Assembly (NCBI GenBank): GCA_963978095.1
Contig: CAXBQP010000038.1
Coordinates: forward strand, 1-29,213
Source of the DNA: an uncultured bacterium
Lineage (GTDB): Bacteria > Gemmatimonadota > Gemmatimonadetes > Gemmatimonadales > Gemmatimonadaceae
Length of the DNA: 29,213 bases
Direction of reading: 5' to 3'
Shown here: positions 17,208 to 26,292 of the stretch, piece after piece
Numbering within the stretch: position 1 is the stretch's first letter
How the letters are laid out: each line of letters starts with the position of its first letter
Translations under genes and position numbers: made by a program
Notes under the pieces: generated by a model
What the model was told of the DNA's origin: nothing
The model's database searches: none
The model's input: only the letters and a program-made list of their open reading frames with translations

Positions 17208-17594
17208 TCACCCCTTCGACGGCCGCGCCTGCAACAGCGGCAGGTACAACGTCCGGTACCCGTGCGCCGCCATGAACATCAATGCCGGCAGCACGACCCC
17301 CATCGGCCACTTCTCCGGGTCCAGTGTCAGGTGGAACCAGCTGATCACCACCACGATGGGCGACAAGACCACCAGCGCGAGCGGCGCAAAGAAACCGGTG
17401 AGAAGCGCCGCGCCGCACACGAGCTCCACCACCATCACGATGCTGAGCAGATGGCTGTTCACCATCGCCAACATGAAGTTCTGCGCGGCCGCGTTGGGCG
17501 GCAGCCCGCCAGCGCCCATCAGCTTGGCGACGCCGCTGACCAGAAAGAGGAGACCGAGAAGGATGCGACTGATCGTGGGGAGCTTGGCGAGCAT
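17208..17594 (-). CDS. DoxX-family membrane protein
   Basis: RILLGLLFLVSGVAKL, VELVCGAALLTGFFAPLALVVLSPI, FHLTLDP; about four hydrophobic helices. Confidence 0.85.
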   Translation of the reverse strand: MLAKLPTISRILLGLLFLVSGVAKLMGAGGLPPNAAAQNFMLAMVNSHLLSIVMVVELVCGAALLTGFFAPLALVVLSPIVVVISWFHLTLDPEKWPMGVVLPALMFMAAHGYRTLYLPLLQARPSKG

Positions 17595-17651
17595 CGGACG
17601 AGGGGTGAGGGGAGCGGGCGAAGCGCTGACGGCGTTCGTGTCCGGTGCAAC

Positions 17652-18749
17652 CTAAGCGCCGAACAGCCGCTGCACCAACCAGACGCTGCCGATGATCGCC
17701 GCGACGGCGGAGGGAACCCTCGGCTCGGTCAGCCGCTCCGCTCCGACGCGGCGAAGCACGACGGCGCTCGCGAGCACGGCACTCAAGAACAGCGCTTGCC
17801 CCACCTCGATGCCGACATTGAAGCCCACGAGGCTCATCACGCGGTAGCCGGCGCTGAGGCCGATATCCGCCATGGCCGACGCGAATCCCAGTCCGTGCAG
17901 CAGCCCGCAGCCGAATACGATCGCCACGCGCTCGCGCACCACCACGGCGCGCCGCCGCAGGTTGAGCACGGCCATCAGGACGATGCTCGCGGCGATCAAC
18001 GGTTCTACGACGTTCGCGGGCAGCCGCACCCAGCCGAGCAACGCCATGGTGAGGGTGATGCTGTGCGCGAAGGTGAAACTCGTGAGCACCCCGACCCAAT
18101 ACCGCCACCCGACCGCGGCGGCGATGATCGTCAGCAGGAACAACAGGTGATCCGCACCGCCCAGGATGTGGCGCACGCCGATCCCGACGAACTCGCGCAA
18201 CACCTGACTCGGCGCACCAAAGAACTGATGCGAGCGGCGCCCGGGACTCAGAATCGCCACCTCGGCGTCACGCCCGCGCGTGGCTTTGACCGTGAGCTGT
18301 TGCTCCGATGGCGCGCGCCCGAAGATATCGGTCGTGAGCACCAACGCGCGCGGCGCGGTCGGGAAACTGATTTTGAGCAGGGCAAGGAAATGTCGGCTCC
18401 CCGAGGCCGCGCCACCGGGCGCACGGTCGTCCGGTTCCATGCTCAGGATCAGGGTGTCGAGCGTCGCGGCGAGTTCCGCGTCGGTGATGCGGAACGACGC
18501 CGCGATGCGCGCACGCAAGGATGCGTCGTGCGCGCGCAGTTCGGCCAACGAGAGTCGACCATCGCGGTCGTCGTCCGCGTCGGCGAAGGCTGAGACGGGC
18601 AGCGCGACCGCGGCGAAGACGGCGTTGCCGAGCACATTGAGCGTCCCCTGCTGTGCCGGCATGAGATGCGCCCAGAGCGGCGACGCACCGAGCAGCGCGA
18701 GGCCAACGGTGATCGCCAGCACGCGGAGGCCGCGCACGCGGCGTGGCAT
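17652..18749 (-). CDS. HupE/UreJ-like (HupE_UreJ_2-type) membrane protein with an N-terminal periplasmic domain containing an EF-hand-like loop
   Basis: Signal peptide ending PLWA-H, DADDDRDGRLSLAEL, GVRHILGGADHLLFLL, SFTFAHSITL, VEPLIAASI, GLLHGLGFA, FNVGIEVGQ. Start uncertain (18749 or 18809). Confidence 0.85.
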   Translation of the reverse strand: MPRRVRGLRVLAITVGLALLGASPLWAHLMPAQQGTLNVLGNAVFAAVALPVSAFADADDDRDGRLSLAELRAHDASLRARIAASFRITDAELAATLDTLILSMEPDDRAPGGAASGSRHFLALLKISFPTAPRALVLTTDIFGRAPSEQQLTVKATRGRDAEVAILSPGRRSHQFFGAPSQVLREFVGIGVRHILGGADHLLFLLTIIAAAVGWRYWVGVLTSFTFAHSITLTMALLGWVRLPANVVEPLIAASIVLMAVLNLRRRAVVVRERVAIVFGCGLLHGLGFASAMADIGLSAGYRVMSLVGFNVGIEVGQALFLSAVLASAVVLRRVGAERLTEPRVPSAVAAIIGSVWLVQRLFGA

Positions 18750-18783
18750 CACGCCATCCGGCAAAGGCGCGTGATGTGCCCGG

Positions 18784-20103
18784 TCACGGGGGGCCGCCCG
18801 GTCCGCCAACGCCGGTGATGCTCACGCCCTTGTAGCAGCGCTGGATGTACGGAAAGCTGTCGGTGATGTAATAGTGGTAGATGCCATTCGGGAACTCCGG
18901 TGTGACCCCCGTGCGACCGTTGCACTGGTCGAGGTCTCCGGAGCCCGCCACGTATTCATAGTCCTGGGTGAAGGTGCCCATCGGGAAGATCGTCGTCGAC
19001 GGGCGCCCCGTGTCCGGCGTCGCCTTCTTCTGCCAACTCCCGCGCATGACGCGGGTCCCCGAGCTGGCGTTGTTGGCATCGACGTAGCCGTAGCGTGCGT
19101 AGATCGGGAACCCATCACGCGCCCACGCGACGAGTGTGAGCCCCGTGCCCTTGCCGAGTCGGGCGATCTCGCCCTCGGGCATGCCATGATAGTGATACTG
19201 CCCGTTGGGCTGCACGTGCGCGTTGTTCTCGTCGGTCCCGAAGGTGAAGGCGCCGCCGAGCGCTTCGATGCGCCACGGGTCGGTACCCGCCGCCGCCACG
19301 CAACCACCCCCCGGGAGGGTCGACGTGGCGGTGGACGTGCAGGTGCCGGCCGTGCCCGGGTCGAGCTTCACGCTGTTCCATGCATAGCCGACGTCCCCGC
19401 TCTGGGTCGCAGTCCCGGTGTTGGACGGCGTCAGACTGAAGGTCATGCTGATGTTCTGCACGCCGACCGGTGTGGCAAAGTTGCCCCCGGTCACCGCATG
19501 TTCCGGAATCCCATTGCCGGTGAGCGTCCGTACCGTGCCGCAGCTCCAGTTCCAGACGCTGTAGGCGTTGACCTTGGTGCTGCTGTTGAAGCTGTTGTTG
19601 GAGAGTGGGCAACCGATCGCGGCCGTCGAGCCGGCGGCAGGCGTGGATGCCACTGGGGTCAGCGCCACGGCAGCGGACGCCGCGCCGGTTCCGGCTGCAT
19701 TCTTCGCGACCACGGTGCAGGAATACGCCGTGCCATTGGTGAGCCCCGAGACGGCAACGGGACTCGCGGCCGACGTGCCGGTGACGGTGGCGCTCCCCGC
19801 GGTGCACGATGCCGTGTACCCCGTGATGGCGCTCCCTCCCGCGCTGGGCGCGGTGAAGGCGATACTGCCGCTCCCGTTGCCGGGGGTCGCGACGAGATTC
19901 GTCGGCGCTCCCGGGACCGTGGTCGTGCCGGTGGTTCCCGTGCTGCCGGTGGACGCTCCCCCGCTGCAGGCGGCCGCGCCGACGGCGAACGCGCAGACGG
20001 CGACCGCGATCGGGCTGGCCCAGCGGCGCCGCGCCGCTGCGGCGTGACGTCCGGCCGGGAGGAGGAGCACGCGGCGATTCGGAAGAACGGGGGTCAGTCC
20101 CAT
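18784..20103 (-). CDS. YHYH-domain lipoprotein with a fibronectin type III domain
   Basis: GCAGGAG RBS 8 nt before ATG 20103, lipobox GAAAC, FN3 (PGAPTNLVA...GLTNGTAYSCTVVAKN), NGIPEH, NNAHVQPNGQYHYHG, DGFPIY, GDLDQCNG, YHYYIT. Confidence 0.88.
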   Translation of the reverse strand: MGLTPVLPNRRVLLLPAGRHAAAARRRWASPIAVAVCAFAVGAAACSGGASTGSTGTTGTTTVPGAPTNLVATPGNGSGSIAFTAPSAGGSAITGYTASCTAGSATVTGTSAASPVAVSGLTNGTAYSCTVVAKNAAGTGAASAAVALTPVASTPAAGSTAAIGCPLSNNSFNSSTKVNAYSVWNWSCGTVRTLTGNGIPEHAVTGGNFATPVGVQNISMTFSLTPSNTGTATQSGDVGYAWNSVKLDPGTAGTCTSTATSTLPGGGCVAAAGTDPWRIEALGGAFTFGTDENNAHVQPNGQYHYHGMPEGEIARLGKGTGLTLVAWARDGFPIYARYGYVDANNASSGTRVMRGSWQKKATPDTGRPSTTIFPMGTFTQDYEYVAGSGDLDQCNGRTGVTPEFPNGIYHYYITDSFPYIQRCYKGVSITGVGGPGGPP

Positions 20104-20229
20104 CAGAGGTACTCCTGCGGAGTCGGCGGTTGTCATATGATAACCCATATCCCCGTCACAAGATTCATGGCATCGATCCCGGACGCCGCGTGGCAGTGTC
20201 CCGCCAGCCGCCCATATATTTGTCGAATC

Positions 20230-22080
20230 ATGTCAACTCCCCCCGAGAAGATCAGGACACTGGTGTTCGACGACCACGCGGAACTCGCGCGGGTCGTCGC
20301 GGCCCGGATCGCCGCGCTGATCCGTGACCGCCAGGCGGATGCGCGCCCCGTCGTACTGGGGCTTGCCACCGGTTCCACGCCGATCGGCGTGTATCGCGAG
20401 CTGATACGCTTGCACCAGGAGGAGGGCCTCTCCTTCGCGCATGTGGTCACGTTCAATCTTGATGAATACTGGCCGATGCAACCGGAGGCGATGCATTCCT
20501 ACCACCGGTTCATGTGGGAGAACTTCTTCGCCCACGTGGATATCTCACCAGCCAACGTGCATATCCCTGACGGGCGACTCGCCCGTGAGGACGTCGAGGC
20601 TGCGTGCGCGGCCTATGAGGCGGCGATCGCGGCGCACGGCGGAATCGACTTCCAGCTGCTGGGCATCGGGAAAACGGGACACATCGGATTCAATGAGCCG
20701 GGGTCCGGGGCGCAGAGCCGGACGCGGCTCCTCCCGCTCGACAACATCACGCGTCGCGATGCGGCCGCCGATTTCTTCGGCGAGGAGTTCGTGCCGAAGG
20801 AAGCGATCACCATGGGTGTCGCCACCATTCTTGAGGCGCGCGAAATCGCCATTCTCGCCACCGGCGAGCATAAAGCGCGCATCGTGCGCCGAGCGGCGGA
20901 AGGCGAGGTGAGTGTCGAAGTCGCCGCCACCTTCCTGCAAACACATCCCCACACCACGCTGTACGTGGACGGTGCGGCGGCCGCGGAGCTGACCCGGATT
21001 GCCACGCCGTGGTTACTGGACGAGGTGCAGTGGACGCCCGAACTCGCCCTGCGCGCCGTGGTGTGGCTCTCGCTGACGACGGGTACGGCCATCCTCAAGC
21101 TCACCCAGCACGACTACGCGGAGCATCATCTGTCGTCGCTCGTGGCCCGGTATGGGTCGCCCGGCGCCGCGAATGGGGAGATCTTCAACATCCTTGGCGC
21201 CAAGATCCGCGGGCGTTCCAAGTTGCCGCGCGGCAAGCGCATCGTGGTCTTCTCGCCGCACCCGGATGACGACGTGATCTCCATGGGCGGGATCCTCCAC
21301 AAGTTGGCGCTGAACGACAATGCGATGACGGTGGCCTACATGACCAGCGGCAACATCGCGGTGTTCGATCACGAGGTGCGGCGGTACATCGACGTGCTGG
21401 AGCGACTCGGCACGAGCGGTCGGTTGCCGGCCGCGCACGTTCGTACGCTCGCCGGATCCGTCCGGACGTCACTGGCGGCCAAGCAGCCGGGGGAGGTCGA
21501 CAGCGCGGAAGTCCAGGACCTCAAGCGCATCATTCGCGAGGCCGAGGCGGTGAGCGGCATCGAGACCGCCGGCTTGGACGCGGCTTCGGCGCGTTTCCTG
21601 AATCTGCCGTTCTACCAGACCGGGCAGGTGAAGAAGGCGCCGATCGGCCCCGCGGACGTGGCGATCGTGCGATCGGTGCTCGAGGAGCTGCGACCTGAAC
21701 TGATTTTCGTGGCCGGCGACTTGTCGGATCCCCACGGCACGCATCGGGTCTGCAAGGAGGCGATCGACCGTGCGGTCGCCGAACTCTGGCCGGAGCGGAC
21801 GAGTGCGGGGCGCCCCGAGATCTGGCTGTATCGCGGGGCTTGGCAGGAGTGGCCGGTGACGGAGGCCACCTGGCTCGTGCCCCTGTCGCAGGAGGAGCTG
21901 CGGCTGAAGATCCAGGCGATCTTCAAGCATCAGTCGCAGAAGGACTCCGCACCCTTCCCCGGGCAGGATGACCGCGAGTTCTGGCAGCGGGTGGATGCCC
22001 GCAACAAGGAAACGGCCGCGCAGCTCAACCGCCTGGGGCTCGCGGAGTATTACGCCATGGAAGCGTACGTGGTGGCGTAG
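20230..22080 (+). CDS. nagB: Glucosamine-6-phosphate deaminase fused to a C-terminal PIG-L/LmbE deacetylase-like domain
   Basis: LGLATGSTP, FNLDEY, LGIGKTGHIGFNEPG and AITMG in the N-terminal half; FSPHPDDD, DPHGTH and HQSQ in the C-terminal half. Confidence 0.93.
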   Translation: MSTPPEKIRTLVFDDHAELARVVAARIAALIRDRQADARPVVLGLATGSTPIGVYRELIRLHQEEGLSFAHVVTFNLDEYWPMQPEAMHSYHRFMWENFFAHVDISPANVHIPDGRLAREDVEAACAAYEAAIAAHGGIDFQLLGIGKTGHIGFNEPGSGAQSRTRLLPLDNITRRDAAADFFGEEFVPKEAITMGVATILEAREIAILATGEHKARIVRRAAEGEVSVEVAATFLQTHPHTTLYVDGAAAAELTRIATPWLLDEVQWTPELALRAVVWLSLTTGTAILKLTQHDYAEHHLSSLVARYGSPGAANGEIFNILGAKIRGRSKLPRGKRIVVFSPHPDDDVISMGGILHKLALNDNAMTVAYMTSGNIAVFDHEVRRYIDVLERLGTSGRLPAAHVRTLAGSVRTSLAAKQPGEVDSAEVQDLKRIIREAEAVSGIETAGLDAASARFLNLPFYQTGQVKKAPIGPADVAIVRSVLEELRPELIFVAGDLSDPHGTHRVCKEAIDRAVAELWPERTSAGRPEIWLYRGAWQEWPVTEATWLVPLSQEELRLKIQAIFKHQSQKDSAPFPGQDDREFWQRVDARNKETAAQLNRLGLAEYYAMEAYVVA

Positions 22081-22105
22081 CGCCTTCGCCGGGCCGGGCG
22101 CGACG

Positions 22106-23506
22106 TCAGCGTTGGTCTTCGAAGCCGACGTCGGAGAGATCGAACTGGCGCATCTTGCTGTAGAGCGTCGCGCGCGTGATGCCGAGCACGCGGGCGGCCT
22201 GCGTGCGGTTGCCACCGGTCTCGGAGAGCACGCGGCGCACGTGGCTCCGTTCCATGTCGCGCAGGGATCGACCACCATCGGGGTTCGGCATGGGCGGGGT
22301 CGATCCGCGTGTGGTGACCACCGACGGGAGTTGGGCCAGGTCGATCTGGTCCGCGTCGATCGCAGACGGGAACGCGTGTTCGATGACGTTCCGCACTTGG
22401 CGCACGTTCCCGGGCCAGTTGTAGGCGAGGAGGACGGCGAGCGCCTCCGGCGAGAAGCGCGTGGGACCGCGTCCCACGCGGGCTTGGTGCGCATGCAGCA
22501 ACCGACGCAACAGCGAGCTGATCTCGTCTCGTCCCCGCTCGCGGAGCGGGGGGATGTGCACGGGGAGGACGGCCAGCCTGAAGTAGAGGTCGGAGCGGAA
22601 CCGTCCATCGCGGACGGCCTGCTCGAGGTCGTGATTGCTGGCGGACACGATGCGGACGTTGGTGGCGATGTCGTGCGCGCCGCCCAATCGACGGAAGCGG
22701 CCCTCGTCGAGCACGGTCAGGAGCTTCGACTGCAGTTCCATCGCGAGTTCGCCGACTTCGTCCAGCAGGAGCGTTCCGCCCTCGGCCATCTCGAAGAGCC
22801 CGCGCCTCTGGGGCGTGGCATCGGTGAACGCCCCGCCCTCATGACCGAACAATTCGCTCTCGAGAAAGGTCGCGCCCAGGCTCGCGCAGTTGATGCGGAC
22901 GAACGGGCCGTCGGCGCGCCGCGACATCTGGTGCACGAGCGACGCCGCCAACCCTTTGCCAGCTCCGGTCTCCCCGGTGATCAGCACGGGGGAGCTGGTC
23001 TGCGCGACGACCTCGAGTTTGCGGAAGGTGTGTTGCATGACCGGGGAGTCATTGAGCAGCCCCAGCAGTTCGGGGGAGCTCGCGATGGCGCCACGATGCC
23101 GCCGGGCCAGCAGCGACCCGGCGGCGGCCCGCGCCAGCGTCACCGTGAGCTGATCGAACGGCACCGTCTTGATCAGCACATCGTCCGCGCCTCCCCGCAT
23201 GGCGCGCACGGTCGTCGCAACATCCATGTGTCCGGAGAGCATCACCGCCGCGGCGGTCGGGTCGACGCGCCGGAGTTCCGCGAGCAGTTCCAGCCCGTCG
23301 ATGCCCGGCATTTGATAATCCAGCAGCACGACGTCCGGGCGCTGCGTGGCGTACACGGCGACGGCGGTCCGCGGATCCGTGGTCGACGAGACGCGGAATC
23401 CGTTCGCCGTCAACGCCATCGTGATCGTTTCGACCCAAGTCGCGTTGTCGTCGACCACGAGGACGTGCAGTCCGGGCGTGGTGTCCGCAGCATCAGAGTG
23501 GGTCAT
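22106..23506 (-). CDS. Sigma-54-dependent response regulator (NtrC/AtoC family: receiver, AAA+, Fis-type HTH)
   Basis: VVDD, LLDYQMPG, GETGAGKG, ESELFGHEGGAFTDA, LLLDEVGE, FRSDLYFRL, WPGNVRQ, GNRTQAARVLGITRATLYSKM. GGAG RBS upstream. Confidence 0.95.
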   Translation of the reverse strand: MTHSDAADTTPGLHVLVVDDNATWVETITMALTANGFRVSSTTDPRTAVAVYATQRPDVVLLDYQMPGIDGLELLAELRRVDPTAAAVMLSGHMDVATTVRAMRGGADDVLIKTVPFDQLTVTLARAAAGSLLARRHRGAIASSPELLGLLNDSPVMQHTFRKLEVVAQTSSPVLITGETGAGKGLAASLVHQMSRRADGPFVRINCASLGATFLESELFGHEGGAFTDATPQRRGLFEMAEGGTLLLDEVGELAMELQSKLLTVLDEGRFRRLGGAHDIATNVRIVSASNHDLEQAVRDGRFRSDLYFRLAVLPVHIPPLRERGRDEISSLLRRLLHAHQARVGRGPTRFSPEALAVLLAYNWPGNVRQVRNVIEHAFPSAIDADQIDLAQLPSVVTTRGSTPPMPNPDGGRSLRDMERSHVRRVLSETGGNRTQAARVLGITRATLYSKMRQFDLSDVGFEDQR

Positions 23507-23550
23507 ACGAACTCCGGGAACTGGAAGTCGAGTGGCGATCAGTGTCTGGT

Positions 23551-23617
23551 CACTGTATAACTATTTTCCAAATATAGTGTAATTTATGAGCGCCGCAATC
23601 GCCAAAAAATTATACAG
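23551..23617. promoter_or_regulatory. AT-rich control region upstream of the response regulator, with inverted repeats
   Basis: CTGTATAA (23553-23560) and TTATACAG (23610-23617), a nested CACTGTAT/ATATAGTG pair, and a minus-strand TATAAT at 23609-23614. Confidence 0.55.
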
Positions 23618-23674
23618 ATCGCGGCTCGTCCTGCGATGAGAGCTCGCCGGCGGGTGGCGCGGCCGGATGCCCGC

Positions 23675-24499
23675 TCAGCGGGGGATCCGAATCTTCGTGA
23701 AGTCCAGGTCGGGCGGAGCAACCGGAAAACGGGGATGCATTCTCGTCAGCGTGTGCAACAGGGTGCGCGCCACGACGTAGTTCCGGTACCACTTGTGGTC
23801 GGCGGGAATCAGGTACCACGGTGCATGGCGCGTACTGGTGGCGGAGAGCACGTCGGCATTCACCTCGGCATAGCGGTCCCAGGACCCGCGCTCGACCAGG
23901 TCGCTGGGGCTGAACTTCCAGCGCTTGTGCGGGTCGTCCAGGCGCGCCTGGAGCCGACGCCGCTGCTCCTCCTTGGAAATCACGAGAAAGAACTTGAGCA
24001 CGGTCGTCCCGCTTTCCACGAGCAACCGCTCGAAGTCGTTGATGTGGCGGATGCGGGCCCGCGCCTCGGAGGGCGTGATCAGCCCGTGCACGCGCGTCAC
24101 GAGCACGTCCTCGTAGTGCGAACGGTTGAACACGCCGATCATCCCCTTGGCTGGAACGGCCTTGTGTATGCGCCAGAGGAAGTCGTGGTTCCGTTCTTCC
24201 GGGGTCGGCACCTTGAACGACGTCACCACGCACCCCTGTGGATTCAGCGAACGCATCACATGGCGGATCACCCCGTCCTTGCCGCCGGTGTCGATGGCTT
24301 GGAGGATCACCAGCAGCGAGCGGCGTCCTTCGGCGTACAGGCGCTCCTGCAGCGGGTCCAACCCCGCAACGATGGTCGCCGTCTCGGCGATGATCGCCTG
24401 CTTGGCGGCGGGATCTCCGCACGCCGCGGCATCGAAGCGGTCCCATCGCACACGCCGGCCGGGGGCGAGGCGATGGGTGTCCGGCTTGATCTTCCTCAT
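23675..24499 (-). CDS. ppk2: Polyphosphate kinase 2 family protein, probably class III
   Basis: Walker A QAIDTGGKDG, FKVPT.EE..HDFLWR, FNRSHYEDVL, KRWKFSPSD, APWYLIPADHKWYRN. Confidence 0.93.
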   Translation of the reverse strand: MRKIKPDTHRLAPGRRVRWDRFDAAACGDPAAKQAIIAETATIVAGLDPLQERLYAEGRRSLLVILQAIDTGGKDGVIRHVMRSLNPQGCVVTSFKVPTPEERNHDFLWRIHKAVPAKGMIGVFNRSHYEDVLVTRVHGLITPSEARARIRHINDFERLLVESGTTVLKFFLVISKEEQRRRLQARLDDPHKRWKFSPSDLVERGSWDRYAEVNADVLSATSTRHAPWYLIPADHKWYRNYVVARTLLHTLTRMHPRFPVAPPDLDFTKIRIPR

Positions 24500-24531
24500 G
24501 CGTGGAAACTATCGGCGAGCCGTCGCGGCGC

Positions 24532-26292
24532 CTAGAACGTCACCCCGGCGGCCTGATACACGATCTTCCCGTTGAAGATCGTCATCAGGCACTTGGCATC
24601 CTTGATCTGCGCCGTGGGCACGGTGTAGAAATCGCGGTCCCAGATCGCGAGGTCGGCGTACTTTCCGACCTCCACCGATCCGATCTTGGTCTCGAGGAAC
24701 AGCTGTCGCGCCGCCCACACGGTCACGGCGCGCAGCGCGGTCTTGGCGTCGACCGATTCCTTGCGGCCGAAGGGATCGCCGCCATACACCCCGAGCAGTG
24801 GCTCGCGGGCGATCGCCGACCAGATCCCATACCGCGCGGCAAAGGGGGTGACGCCGAAGTCCGACCCGTTCGCCCACAGGATCCCCTTGCTCTTGAAGGT
24901 CGCGAAGGGATTCAAACGCGCCGAGCGCGTGGCCCCGAAGTTGCCGGCGTAGGTATCGCCCAACCACCACGTGAAGGTCGCGCTGGGTTCGGGATATCCT
25001 GCGTCGAACGTGTGCTGCAGCTTGGCCATCAGGTCGATGGCGTGGTCGCTGGGGATGTTCGAGTGGATGATTCCATGGCGCAGCCCTTTCTTGGGGTTCT
25101 CACGCATGGCTTGGTCATAGCTGTCCATCACCCAGTCGATGCCTTGGTCACCGATCGAGTGCACCGAGACGTGCATCCCCGCGTCGTGGAACATGCGGAT
25201 GAGCAGGCGGATCGTGTCGGGGGCGGAGCTCGGATAGCCGTGGTTGCCCTTGTCGACGCCGGTGAAGTCGCGGTTCCAATCATCATAGAGCCAAGCGGTG
25301 CGTGCGCCCCCGGAACCGTCGATGTAGAGCTTGATGCCGCCGCTGATCAGGTGATCGTCGCCGGTGCTCTCATACGGGCGCGTCGTGGCGGCGCGTTGCT
25401 CGATGAGCCGCTTGGCACCCTCCACCGACCGACCGCCCAGCCAGAGGGCGAAGACGCGCACGTTGAGGGCGTTGTCGGCCTGCACTTTCTTGTAACTGTC
25501 CCACGCCGACGGGGAAACACCGGGGTCTTTCACTGCCGTCATCCCTTCGGCATTGAATCCCTTGACCATGTCGCGGATCCCCCGCTCGGTGTCGCCGGCC
25601 CCACGGGGAGGGACGAGTCGCCGCACGAGCCCCTGCGCCCCTTCCTTGAGCACACCGGTCGGTGTGCCGTCAGCGTTGCGGTCGATGGTGCCCGCCGGCG
25701 GATTCGGCGTGTCCTTGGTCACGTTGCCGAGCTTGAGCGCGAGACTGTTGGCCACGCCGTAATGCCCGGTGGTCTGCGTGAGATACACGGGGTTGTCCGG
25801 TGCCGCCGCGTCCAGATCCTTGGCGTTCACCATCCGCTTTTCGGCGAGCTTTCCTTCGTCCCACCCTTGGCCCTCGATCCAGGCGCCCTTGGGCAAGGTG
25901 GCCGCCTTGGCCTTCACCGCGGCAACGATGTCGGCCACGCTCTTCACGACGGGATACGAGAGGTCGAGCACGAAGAGTCGCGTGGTCCCGGCGCTGGCGA
26001 AGTGTGCGTGGGCGTCGATCAAGCCCGGCGTCACGGTGCGCCCCGCGAGATCGATGCGGCGGGCGTTGGGCGCGGCCACGCGTTGCACCTCGGCGTTGGT
26101 TCCCACCGCGACAATCGTGCTGCCCGCGAGGGCGACGGCTTGTGCCACCCGGTCCTTGGCATCCACGGTGAGCACGCGACCGTTGTAGAGGACCAGGTCG
26201 GCGCGCGGTGCCTGCTGCGCGGTGAGGAGCGCGGGCGCCGTGGCCACGCAGAGGGCGGACGAGAGAACGGCAACGACACGGGCGAGCGACAT
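24532..26292 (-). CDS. Secreted metal-dependent amidohydrolase (YtcJ-like, amidohydrolase 3); alternative start at 26313
   Basis: GGAGG RBS before ATG 26292, signal peptide, PGLIDAHAH, KLYIDGS, HSIGD, GSDF, GSVEVGKYADL. Confidence 0.9.
   Translation of the reverse strand: MSLARVVAVLSSALCVATAPALLTAQQAPRADLVLYNGRVLTVDAKDRVAQAVALAGSTIVAVGTNAEVQRVAAPNARRIDLAGRTVTPGLIDAHAHFASAGTTRLFVLDLSYPVVKSVADIVAAVKAKAATLPKGAWIEGQGWDEGKLAEKRMVNAKDLDAAAPDNPVYLTQTTGHYGVANSLALKLGNVTKDTPNPPAGTIDRNADGTPTGVLKEGAQGLVRRLVPPRGAGDTERGIRDMVKGFNAEGMTAVKDPGVSPSAWDSYKKVQADNALNVRVFALWLGGRSVEGAKRLIEQRAATTRPYESTGDDHLISGGIKLYIDGSGGARTAWLYDDWNRDFTGVDKGNHGYPSSAPDTIRLLIRMFHDAGMHVSVHSIGDQGIDWVMDSYDQAMRENPKKGLRHGIIHSNIPSDHAIDLMAKLQHTFDAGYPEPSATFTWWLGDTYAGNFGATRSARLNPFATFKSKGILWANGSDFGVTPFAARYGIWSAIAREPLLGVYGGDPFGRKESVDAKTALRAVTVWAARQLFLETKIGSVEVGKYADLAIWDRDFYTVPTAQIKDAKCLMTIFNGKIVYQAAGVTF

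Noticed and set aside
18874..20229. Extension making NagB 1068 aa
   Set aside because: It is antisense to the YHYH gene. NagB similarity starts at ATG 20230, just after a -10 box.
17027..20229. Possible genomic island integrated at tRNA-Thr
   Set aside because: No integrase, no duplicate of the tRNA 3' end that I could find, and no obvious compositional shift.
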